Shown piece after piece: positions 11,196 through 22,737 of a DNA stretch of 64,000 nucleotides (positions are counted from its first letter, which is position 1; every line of letters starts with the position of its first letter). The DNA is from Amoebidium appalachense. Lineage: Eukaryota > Protista > Ichthyosporea. The notes beneath the pieces are model-generated. The model did no database searches. It worked only from the letters and a program-made list of their open reading frames with translations, and was not told where the DNA came from. The DNA is taken from NCBI GenBank assembly GCA_963693365.1, contig CAVNZM010000009.1, positions 8,661,408 through 8,725,407 on the forward strand, read 5' to 3'. Made by a program: the position numbers and the translations under genes.

Positions 11196-12853
11196 CCATA
11201 AATGTCGAAGATGCCCTTGGAAGGTCAGCCTGCGCACCAATCAAATCCACTGCAGGGAGCCGGGAATCTGCCCGTGCAGTGGTGTTGATTCCGCATCCGA
11301 AAGTTTCAGTCGGTTGAGCCCTACTTTCCCTATACTCATTTGCTTCTTGCGGATTGGTAAGGAGATCCTCGTACATATCCGCGATGGGCCGGTACATAAC
11401 ATCGGGAGCAATGATATCACATTCTTCCCCTTATGCTCGGGGTCACGACACTCATTGTGATGGTAAAGGACAGTATCGAATAAGGAACATGCGAGCTGGG
11501 GGGATATTCGGGTAACGTGCTTAAAATGGATTCGGAGTTTGCGATGCAGGGCCTCATTTTGGTTGGTACCCTGACCTGCTGGGATATCGCTCAGACATCC
11601 CCTCTCCACATGAACCAGCAAATTACTAATCTGGTCATAGCTATCGTCAGTGAGAACGGGGACATTGTCGTTATCGACCACAGATGCCCAAGTCTGTTGA
11701 TACCGGCGTAAATTCGCACATATGGTAGCCGGGTCGGGGGTGTTTTGTGTGCGTTCCTCGCCCGAATCGCCATCCGCGCGAAAACACAGACCAAAGGCCT
11801 TTGCAGCATTGTTAGAATGTGGATGCCTACGTGGTATGGATCTCGTGAAGCGTTGGACGGTGTGAAATAAATCCAACTTAATGATGATATCCTCACCAAA
11901 AACCGACCGGATTAGTGCCGCTAGTTGGCAGCAATTATCTAAGTAAATAACTTCAACGGTTTTACCTAGCCTAGTGTTTTGTCACGAAACTGCTCAAGAA
12001 CAACCTGATTATACTCGAAAGCGACTTTGTTGCAGAACTGGTAACTAACAATTTGCCCATGCTCATTGAGAAGGAAGTACACTGCATCGGATTGTGTGAT
12101 CCATTTACCATCAGCCATATAGCCGATGCTCATACTTATCTTTAACGTGTGGTCTGCTGACAGCTTGGTGGCACTGATTTTGGACATTGCCGTATGGTAT
12201 GGATGTTGTAAATTATCTGTATAAAATCCCAGCCAAGCATCACGAATATAGTCATTGCTGGGGCCGCGGAAAATATCGATTTGTGAAAAAGGTGCGATTA
12301 TTGTGGCTGCTACTCCCTCGCGACGTTGCTGTAGGAGTGATGGCTGGTGGTTTATAATGGACTGCTGCGACGAATCAAACGGCATTTGTCCGAGAAGCAT
12401 ATTTTGGAATACGAAAAGGTGCGTACGTAACTGCTGATACCGTGTGTGGTATGTAGTCGAATAATACCGCTGCATGCTCGAGAATGGAATACCCGAATCC
12501 ACCTTGTGGCACAAGTCGTTCATGAGGGCTACGGTAATCCCCGCTCGTTCAGTCAAGTAGAAGGGCATGACACGAGAGAGGAAATTAGGAAGAGCTGACG
12601 TCAGAATGGGGTCATACCCCCTGTAACTGTGTTTTTTATTTTGCTTTCCACACGTATTGCAACGATAAATGCGGCATATAATATAAATCCGGCTGTTACA
12701 ATCGTATGCACTGCGTGGGACATCATTGCCTGATCTAGTCCATCCCTCTTTCGCTAACGGGCCGTGTGCTGTGTTCACAGGGCATATTGGCGCGTATTTG
12801 GATATCTGGAAATTGGTTTCCAAATCCCACACCATTAACGGGGGGAGGAAAAT
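11196..12853 (-). CDS. Dada-superfamily-like DDE transposase core exon (two -1 frameshifts near 11968 and 11430, both beside homopolymers)
   Basis: N-terminal Zn-binding segment (CPVNTAHG...YRCNTC), SADHTLK (D1), IYLDNCC (D2; seen only after joining the frames at 11968), KLDLFHTVQR (DxxH) and GTNQNEALHRKL (E). Acceptor ctgcAG at 12854. Confidence 0.75.
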
Positions 12854-13254
12854 CTGCAGACACGTATGAGTTAGCAACCAATACAAGTGTGTTTGCATGT
12901 GTATGTGTGTGCCGCAGTAGTTGTGTGTATATGTGATGTGTGTAACGTGTGTGTTTGTGTGGGTGTTTGTGCCTTGCGTTCGGAAGTGCGTGTGCCGCAG
13001 GCGTGCCTGCGTGTGTGCATGCACATGTACATGTGCGAATAGCATGTTTCATATGTTTGTGTGTGCACGAGGGGGGGGGGGGGGTACCCCCTACCCTCCT
13101 CCCTAACCCTCCCTCCCCCCCCTTCATACCCATAAAAACATGGAGAGAGTGAGACTTAACCCCAAACAGCTGTACGTTTATGCTGTGTTCAGCACCTTTT
13201 TTGCGCGTCATAAAAAAGACCATGCTTTCGTGCACGCACACACACCCACTCTTT

Positions 13255-13625
<371 letters not shown>

Positions 13626-13812
13626 GGGTCTCTTTTTCTCTCTAAACCTGATAGGTAGTCCATGGGTCGTCCTTCTCCCCCCCCCCCCCCCCGTTTCCCT
13701 CCTCCCCCTCTCAACCTTGCCCCTCCACAACTATAACCCCAACCTTACGTGCACCCATTGCCTCTGTTGGCATCCCTTTTGGCCGTCAAAAGTGTGTGGC
13801 CCACCCACTTAC

Positions 13813-14145
13813 CAGCTTGTTGAACTCATTTCCACTTGTGACAAGTTTCCTCATGTTCTCCCTTAGCTGATTCGTAGTGTCTGGATAATACACCACAGGA
13901 CAAACGGGTTGCTCCCTTGCATGGCGCTCCAAACATTCGGTTTTCCATGCCCGACATTCGCTACTGCCCCACGCTGGGTACACAGAACCAGTGTGCACAA
14001 TCTGACATACAGGCCTGATTTGCTCCCCTGCAGCAATCTCAATTTCCTGTTCACTCTGGTCACCACTTATTTGTGGCGGTGATTGCGTTTGCGAGAGCAG
14101 AAATTGAGCGCTTAGTACTAGCAGAAGTAAAGCCCACCACCACAA
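13813..14145 (-). CDS. Probable first coding exon of the Dada-like gene (start codon unresolved)
   Basis: Open frame ...RENMRKLVTSGNEFNKL ends at a consensus GTAAGT donor (13812-13807) in phase 0, matching the phase-0 acceptor at 12853 (IFLPPLMVWD). Confidence 0.5.
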
Positions 14146-14481
14146 CGTAAGTGGGGTAAGGGCAGCGTGAGAGTCTGACCCTGCCCATTTTCAAAGGATG
14201 AGAAACACGTACTCTGCAGCTGCAATGAGAAGAAAAAGCCGCAGCCACTGCCACACTACACACCGCAGTGTATTGTATAGTAGCAGGTATCACGTGGTAC
14301 TGCAACGACTTTCTGCATTGAAATTAGCGAGCCTACCCAAGAATGATTGTGCTAAATTTTTTCGGGTTTGCCGTTTACATACCGTCACACCATACTGAGT
14401 CGGCACACGCGAGGCGCCCGCCGGCCGGGCCGTGCGGGGCGATTTGGCGCCAAAGTTTGCGCAAACTATGTAAACCCTAGG

Positions 14482-14660
14482 TGCACTGAATTCAAGTTGC
14501 ACTGAATTGAATTTACATGAGCACTGGCGACGCCGACGAGCTTTTGCACTGAATTCGATGCACTGAATCATCATGTGCCGGCCCGGGTTCGCGCCCCCCG
14601 CCCGCGCCGGTCGGTTTCAGTGCCCGGAAAGCGATTCAGTGCACCCAATTCAGTGCATCA
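14482..14660. promoter_or_regulatory. Inverted cluster of TGCACTGAAT repeats around a GC-rich core (iteron/origin-like); second copy at 26311-26489
   Basis: Four forward TGCACTGAAT and two to three reverse ATTCAGTGCA copies; a 25-bp inverted repeat at 14545-14569 / 14633-14657 matches at 22 of 25 positions. Confidence 0.5.
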
Positions 14661-15288
14661 TACCCCCCACCCCAGGACATGCAGTACAGCCCCGATTTAT
14701 TTCACTAGCCACACTAGCCACAAAGAGAAAAAGTAGACACAGTAGCCACAGAGGACCCAATGGCGCAATTTGATTGGCTGTCGGATCTGGCCACGTTCTA
14801 GCCACTAGCCACACAACACGCCACACAGGCACGCTACACTCCGATAAGTTTGCGATCGAGGACGTAGCAGCGTGTAAAGCCTGAAGCGGCCTCACAGCCT
14901 TCGGCGCCGTAGGCTATGGTGTTGACGCGGGTGCTCTTGTTTTTGCCCAGGATGGCCGTAACCGCAACCCCAAAGTCGCGCTGCGTGGGCCGCTTGGACT
15001 TGTCAGGTATGTTGTGTTCCCACCAGGAGCTTCAGCAGGTCACGCAGGAACTGCAGCTCCATCGGCTTGAGGGTGGTCTTAGGTGGTGGGCCACGGTTGG
15101 GGGCATGGGTGGCCCGCGAGGCTCTGGGCCCTGCGAGACTGCTGTGTCCGCTGTGCCCCGCCGGCCTGGCGTGCGACCCCAGCCCCGCGCGCGACCCCCG
15201 GGTGCAAGGTATATAAAATCTCGTGCATGCAAAAATGGCTCAGTCTGCCCCTGGCCGCCAAAAAATATTATCTAAGCCACCAGTAGCG

Positions 15289-16334
15289 ATGTCGTCCATA
15301 TTTCACCTGTTGGAGGTCCCCCCCATGTCCGAGGAGACTTTGTTTCAGCGATTCGAGGACTGCAGCCCAGAACCGCAGTTTGGGCTGAGCTTCAAGCCAC
15401 GGACATGTCAGAGCATTTCATGGACTTATGAGAACTGCATTCGCTTTTTGCAGAGCAACGTGGCCTTTGTCGAATGCGGATCACAATACCTTCTCAAGAA
15501 CTACGACCACAGGACTGAGCGGCACGTCATCGAGCTGCACTCACCGAAGAGCGCGCGAGAATGCCTCTCTAAGTACCTCTTCAGAATGGAGTTTTTCGAG
15601 CGCAACAGATCCATCACACGCGTCTATAAGGGCACCTGGTTCATGGAGAGCGACCACATTTTGCAGTACTCGCGCTTCGTGTTTGACCCGGCAGACCCAG
15701 ATCCACGGACAGGGAAGCGTCGTGCACGAAACGTCATGAGGCAAGGCCGTCCTTTCAACATTTTCCGTGGACTCAAGATAGTGCACGACCCTGCACGACC
15801 TCTTGTCCAATCGGCAACCAGCATGTTTTTTGACCATCTTAGCATGTTGTGCAATTACGACGAGGCAGCCTACCTCTACACACGTCGCTGGCTGGCACAG
15901 CTCTTTCAGTACCCCGACATCAAACCTGGAGTTGCACTTGTTTTTCGCTCAATCCAAGGTGTGGGCAAAAACGTGTTCTTTGACGTCCTGGGTGATATCA
16001 TCGGGCGTGACTACTACGTGTCAGTGACAAACAAAAAGCATGTGGGTGGGAACTTCAATGCGCACCTCAATAACCGGCTGCTTATTGTGTGTGACGAGGT
16101 GTTTTGGCATGGTAATGTGGACATCATCAACCAAATGAAGGCCCATGTTACGGAAACTACCGTGACGGGCCTCATGGAAAAGAAGGGCTGTGACATCATT
16201 ACCGTGGAGAGTTGTGAGCGCTATGTGATTCTCAGCAACAAGTCGCACCCGCTAAACCTAGAGGAGGGAGACCGGCGGTGGGCCTGTTTTGAGTCTTCAG
16301 CAGATAGAAAGGGGCAGTTTGCATACTTCGCCGA
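15289..16334 (+). pseudogene. Superfamily 3 (D5/NrS-1/DUF5906-like) DNA helicase, intronless, 3'-truncated by a Ngaro insertion
   Basis: Walker A QGVGKN, Walker B LIVCDE, motif C ILSN and arginine finger GDRR. TATA box GTATATAAAA at 15209. The ORF tail MKTTPGRV... is Ngaro repeat B. Confidence 0.85.
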
Positions 16335-16557
16335 TATGAAAACTACTCCGGGACGTGTGTTGCCTCTAGGGGGACATCCCCTTGGACGAAAGTGAACCTG
16401 CAATGGTTGTAAACCACGGCAAGCCCCCAGTCATCAATTTATTGATCCGTGAGGTCCATGTGCCCAAAAAACGGGGGAAGTCTTCGCCCCGTGAAAAAAC
16501 AGCACGTATGTGTGGATCAATGGGGGTTGTGTGTGGGTGTAGGTGGGTGGGTGAAAA
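16335..16557 (-). mobile_element. Ngaro 3' end remnant (spacer plus B), inverted
   Basis: Identical to 975-1197; ends where a plus-strand Ngaro begins. Confidence 0.85.
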
Positions 16558-16923
16558 GGTTTTATTTGTGGAAATTATTGACATAAATATTTTTCTGGGT
16601 AAACACGTGGGATGGGTGTCCGATATCAACAGGCTTTGTTTCATGTTTTAGCAGTTCGCGTTCGGCTGCCCGCATACGGGCACCTATTAGCCGATCAAAA
16701 CATCAGATTCCACAGATCACTAGACCGAGTCTGATTGGCTCAGGATAAGATTTCACATAACACTAGATCGGTTTTGATTGGCTCAGTTCGGTAGCCGTAG
16801 GTATATAAGCACGACAGTTTTTAGCAGATCAGCAGGCAACAACACATCTTCTGTGTTTAGCACCTACAGCTTTACAGCTATATTTTCTTTTCACTCTCCC
16901 TATCTTTCCGTACGCCGGTCAGC

Positions 16924-18094
16924 ATGCCGCCGAAAAAAGCGCCAGGCCTCAGCCACTGCCCCTGCCGCGGCACCCAAGCGCCTGACCCGCAGCGACCTCC
17001 GCCACAGGCTGACCAACGCTCCCGCGGACACTGACGCGCCTCCAGCGGCCCAGACCACCTCGGACCCGGACCCGCCGGCTAGTCTCCCCTCCCCTCCTGA
17101 AGTCCCCCCTCAGGCCCCGCCGTCCCCGCAGATGACTTCTCAAGACGCCGTCCTTGCCGCCCTTACCGCCATCAGCACCCAGATGGCTGGCGTCCTGGCT
17201 GCTCTCACCAACCGCGACCCTCCCGCGCCCCCCGCCGCGCCCTCCGCACCCGGGGAGGTTTCCCCGGGGCTGCATCTCGGCCCTGACCTAGACCTACCTG
17301 CCCTGCCCGCGCCCCCCATCACAGGTGAGAACACTGGCGACATTCAGCCGGGCACACTCCCGCTTCCCCCCGCGGATGTGCTGGCAGATTTGCGCGCCAA
17401 TCGTTTCGTCGACCTGTATAAGTTCACCCCCGCCGCCCTCCTGGCCCCATCCAAGAAAGGTCAGCATCTGCGCATGGCCGACGACGGCAGCATCGAGACT
17501 TTTCGCCAAGACAAACCCGTTCCCCTGCGTTCACTCGTCATTTGGATCCAGGCTTGGACCCATTACATGGCCGCCAAGCACCACCTCGGCCTCCCCACGG
17601 ACAAAGACGTACTTTGGACTCAGCACATCACTCGCCTCAGCACCCGATACCCGTGGGCCCAGATCCACAACTATGACGTATACGCCCGAACCGTTGCCCA
17701 CCAGCAGGGTCGGGCTCCGATCGCGTGTCCCAACCTGCTCGCCCAACTCCACCAGGATCTCCTCTTGCCACCCACTCTGCTCATCCCGGACGCATGTCAG
17801 CGCTGTGGCTTCCCTGACCACCCCAGCGCGGCCTGCCCCATGTACCCCAAGCCCGGCTGTGGTCTTGACGGCTTTAAGCCGCCCCACAAGCCCGGCGGGG
17901 GTCAAACCCCTAACCGCCCTGGCCCGCAACCCGGCCCGGCAAAACCGGCCCGACCCGTGGATCTACCCGCGACGCACTGCAGGAATTTCCACATTAACGG
18001 TCGGTCCTGCGCTAAGCAGCCCTGCCCCTTCTCCCACGTGTGCCCGCTCTGCTCTGGCACACACCCCCGCAAAGACTGCAAACACAATGCCTAG
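16924..18094 (+). CDS. gag: Ngaro Gag-like protein with C-terminal zinc fingers (likely start MPPKK at 16924, with a +1 A slip)
   Basis: CQRCGFPDHPSAAC (CCHC) and CRNFHINGRSCAKQPCPFSHVCPLCSGTHPRKDC, typical of DIRS/Ngaro ORF1. Confidence 0.82.
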
Positions 18095-18393
18095 TCTACG
18101 CGCACACCCACACACACAGCTAGAACATAGGGGTTAGGAGCTAGGACACACGAGTACAGGGAAACGGAGCTCGGGAGAACGGGCCCATAGGGCTGAGTAC
18201 AAAATTTCGCAGGCCAAACTACGGCGCCCGCGCGCGTCAAGAATAAATGTCCCTACACAAAGACGTTTATTCTGGCCACTGCACATAATTTTACTCCCCC
18301 CCCCCCATCCCACGAGCCTCCCCCCCCCCTTACACTCACCTAGCACTCCCTCCCCCCCCCTTCTTCTACCTCTGTGTCCGCCCACACCCCCGC

Positions 18394-18489
18394 GTGCTCG
18401 GGCACATTCCCCTGCACAGGGCCCCGCTGCCCTCCCTGCCAACCTTCACTCGGGCCCAGCTGCCCTACCCTAACCCCCCCGGGGCCCTG

Positions 18490-18525
<36 letters not shown>

Positions 18526-20207
18526 CTGCCGGGATCTCCCCGAGGGTGCCCCACCCTTGCTAACCACCCCTTCCCCCGAGGCTCAGACCCGGAGGCCCGC
18601 CCGCTGCCCCAGCACCGCATTGACACCTCCCGCCTCCGGGAACTGCTGGCCTCCTACCCAGACCAATCATTCGCCGCACAACTCCTCCACGATGTCGAAT
18701 TCGGTGTCGACATCGGCTATCGCGGGCCCTCCACCTCTCGGGTGGGCCCCAACCTACCCACCACCCCGGAGGCAGCTTCCGCTATCACGGCGGATATTGC
18801 CAAAGAAGTCGCCCTCGGCCACCTGCGCGGCCCCCTCTCCCCGGCCCAATTCTTTGACGAATTTCCGGTCCACCGTTCCTCCCCCATCGGCGCCGTTACC
18901 AAGAAAGGGAACCCCCCCAAGTACCATCGAATCCACCACCTCTCCTGGCCCCGGGGTAGCAGTGTCAATGACAGCATCACCTACCCCGACGAACTTCAGT
19001 ACATTCGCGCCCGGGACGTCACCCAGCTCATTCTCGACGCAGGCCCCGGCTGCTACATGGCCGTGGCAGATGTGCAGGCTGCCTTCCGGCACATGCCCAT
19101 CCGACCAGAAGACCATCACTTAATGGCATTCAAATGGTTGGGGCATTTTTACGTTGAAACCAGACTGCCCTTCGGCCTGAAATCTAGCCCAGCCATCTGG
19201 GAACGGATCGCGGCCACCCTACAGTGGCTGGCACACCAGCACGGTATTACCCTCATCCGCCACTACGTAGACGACTGGTTTATAGTCGCCCCCACACAAG
19301 AGCAGTGCCAACGTCACCTATCCACCTTCCTGCAACTCTGCCGAGAGCTGCACATTGCCATCTCCGAAGACAAGATGCAGGGCCCGGCTACCCGTGTCGT
19401 CTTCATCGGTATCGAATTCGACTCCATCACCATGGAGGCACGAATCCCGGCTTCCAAGCTCTCGGACCTACTCGACCTCACTTCCCACCCAAAGCCCACC
19501 ATCACCATTCGGGACCTCCAGTCCCTCCTCGGCAAACTCACCTGGTGTGCCCAGCTGGTTCCCCCGGGAGGGCCTTCTCCCAGCGCCTATGGGCCCTTCT
19601 CCGGACCCACCCACACCTTGCCGGCCACCACCACATACGACTGACTGCTGCCGCCCGGGCCGACATAGCCGAATGGCACCAGTTCCTCACATCATGGAAT
19701 GGGGTGCACCTCATCACACCCCCCACATACACCACCCTGGCCACCGATGCTGCCGGATCGGTGGGTCTAGGAGGCCACTGGCTCGACCAATGGTTCTTCA
19801 TGCCCTGGTCCCCCTCCACCCAAGCCCTCTATGCTCATGAGGGTAAACTCGGTTCTTCCGTCATTGAACTCCTGGCCATCGCAGCCGCCGTGGCCCTCTG
19901 GGCCCCCTCCTGGTCCACCCACCATGTCCGTATTTTATGCGACAACACGGGTGCTGTGTCTGACCTACACTCCCGGTCTTCCCCCCACCCCGTGATGGCC
20001 AAACTTATTCGGTTCATCACCCGCATGGAAATGCAATACCAATTTACGTTACAGGCATCCTACCTACCAGGACCCCTCAACCATCTGGCCGATGCCATTT
20101 CTCGTAACCAACTTCCCCGGGCCCGACGACTCCGACCTTCCCTGCAACCGGAGCCCTGCCCCTTCCCCTCCTGGGTCCACGAGTTCCTATCCCTTCCCTT
20201 GGGCTAA
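18394..20207 (+). pseudogene. pol: Ngaro reverse transcriptase-RNase H (frameshift in the C-run at ~19561)
   Basis: DVQAAFRHMPI, LPFGLKSSP, YVDD, LATDAAG, CDNTG and NHLADAISR. Confidence 0.92.
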
Positions 20208-20263
20208 CCCCCCCCCCCCCCCCCCCCCCCCCAGATCTCCCGTTCCGGAGCAACGCTGGCAGA

Positions 20264-20963
20264 TTGGCCCCCCACTTTGCTCCGGCCGAGCTGCTTCGAG
20301 CCACCACTACCCTGCAGGAATGCCAGGCCCTGAGTCTCAACCTCGACTCTCGGGCCTTTTACTCCCGGGTGCAGAAAGTGTTCATCGATTTCTGTGTGGC
20401 ATCTCGGCTGCAATCCCCCTCCGGGTCCTCCCTCCCGGCCTCCCCACACACCGTGCAACTTTTTCTCGCCTGGTGTGCCCAACGAGGGGTACAGGCCTCT
20501 TCCTTAACCGGCTACAATTCGGCCATCACCAGGCTCCACCTCGACATGGGCCTCCCTGCTCCCTACCCCCACGACAAGTCTCTGGCCTGGTTCCTACGGG
20601 GGGTGGGCAGATGGCAGCTTTCTCACAACATCCGACCCCGCTCATCAACCAGGGAACCCCTCCTGCCCTCCCACCTCAGCCTACTTCATGGCCAGTGCCC
20701 CACAAAGGCCTCCTCGGCCAATCTCCGGCTATGGACAGCCCTCATCGTCGGTTTCTGTGGTCTCCTCCGTTCAGGGGAATTTACCTCCAAGACCCTGACT
20801 TCTTTCAACCCGTCCCGTCACGTTAAACGGAAAGACGTGACCTTCACCTACACCCCCACCGGTACTTAGTCCCATGCCACCCTCCACCTGCCAACCTCTA
20901 AGACGGATGTACAGGCCCGAGGTGTCAACGTCACTCTAGCTGCCCTGCCCCTCACCCATTTCT
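20264..20963 (+). pseudogene. Ngaro tyrosine recombinase, premature TAG at 20867 and truncated
   Basis: Near-identical to the N-terminal part of 1659-2690; TTG changed to TAG. Confidence 0.88.
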
Positions 20964-22582
20964 CCCATCAGCAAACTTCATACGGCATCCGAAACCCATC
21001 TTATATATCATTTTGATATATGGCATACCAAAACCCACCCTAAATACGTCAAAAAGAGCCTGACAAGATATCATAGAATTCCCGGATAGAACCCATCAGA
21101 TCCCTATCAATGATATCTTTGATAGGGTTCGGATTGGTTATGGTATGGCGCATATCCGAAACCCATCCTTTGCTGATATCCTTACGATATCCTTACGATA
21201 TCATAGAAAACCACGATGGTTTTGGTTTTTGACCGAAAATCTCAAAATTTCCTCATAGCATTATGATATCCATATGCTATCCTAGTGATATGTATGTTAG
21301 CAAGGTCATAATAGCTCTTTTGGATATGTTTCACATACGTTTAGGATATTGGTGCCCCAAACGATATCTGTTAGATGTCTTTGTTATAGCCTACAGATAT
21401 CCCTCATTATAGAATTTCTTAATCCCATCCAATACGCATTACATGACGATATCTACCTGATGTCGTGGGACAATACAAATTGATATCCACGTGATATCTG
21501 ATGGATAACATGTATGCTTATAAATTGAATATAATACAGATGTTGTTTTGATATCGTCTGGACATCGTTGTGATGTACCTACAACCATTTTTTTGATATC
21601 GTTATGCGCCCATGGGGGTAATCCAGAAGATACCCTTGTACACAACCAGTAGGCATGTTGAAGACATCCTTTTGATATCCTTTCGGATATCCCTTTGTCC
21701 ACAGGCCCAAGATATGATATCTAATTCATATCATTGTACAGGTCGTAAGGATATGTACCAAATATATCTAAATAAAGACTTGTGATATATGTGATTGGTA
21801 TGTGTAAGATGCCCCTATGTACATCAATGTGATATGCTGTAACTTATCATTTGAATATCCCGCTCTGTCTAAAACGGCAGCATTGTGGGTATCCTTTTGA
21901 TATTCTTTTTGATATCCCTTTTATATTCAATATGTTATCTGTTTTTGGTCCTACATCTCAAACATATCACAACTGCCTCTTTGCAGGCCCAAGCTACGAT
22001 ATCTAATTCATATCTTTGTACACGTCGTAAGGATATGTACCTGATATATCTAAATAAAGACTAGTGAGTTGTGTGATTGATATCGGTAAGATGTCGCTAT
22101 GTACATCAATGTGATATGCCGTAACCTATCATTTGAATATCCTAATCTGTCCAGAGCAGTAGTCCACGAGGTATCATCTACATATCTTTTAGAGGCCCTT
22201 AGATTATCATTGCGATATCCGCATAGGGATATATTTATATATCGAATTCATAAGTATATGATACATAAGCTTGCCATCCCAGTGATATCTAAGCGGCAGT
22301 ATTGTGGATATTAGAAAGATATCAGAAGAACATCCGTGCACTAGAAGGTCAGTGTCTTTTGTAAGTACATCAATGTGATATCTAAACGGGGTTTACGCTG
22401 TTTACTCGAGGCAAAGAGAACCAGTCTCAGGTATGGGGGGGGGGGTTTTGCTCGGAATATCCCCTCAGCGGTATATCATGATCACGTACATAGATGTCGG
22501 GTGGTGACTATATATCAGGGTTTACTTTCTCTACGAGACACCATAAAGACTACAAGGAGAAATCAATTAGTTGGGGTTCCCC

Positions 22583-22583
<1 letters not shown>

Positions 22584-22634
<51 letters not shown>

Positions 22635-22666
22635 GGGCTCCCCTCGGGACACTCGGTATCAGCTGG

Positions 22667-22737
<71 letters not shown>

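Larger units (their letters stand above)
16558..20963 (+). mobile_element. Ngaro-type DIRS retrotransposon (A1, gag, RT/RH, partial YR), 3'-truncated
   Basis: A1 repeat GGTTTTATTTG... with TATA (GGTATATAAG). Order gag, RT-RNase H, YR. No methyltransferase domain seen. Confidence 0.93.

Noticed and set aside
15223-16395. Helicase as a complete 390-aa protein
   Set aside because: The last ~20 codons are Ngaro repeat B, and the GTG start lies only a few bases after the TATA box; ATG 15289 is more plausible.
16335-16557. Apparent inverted terminal repeat suggesting a DIRS1-type (ITR) element
   Set aside because: It is the 3' end of a separate, oppositely oriented copy; the intact 3' ends show split direct repeats (Ngaro type).
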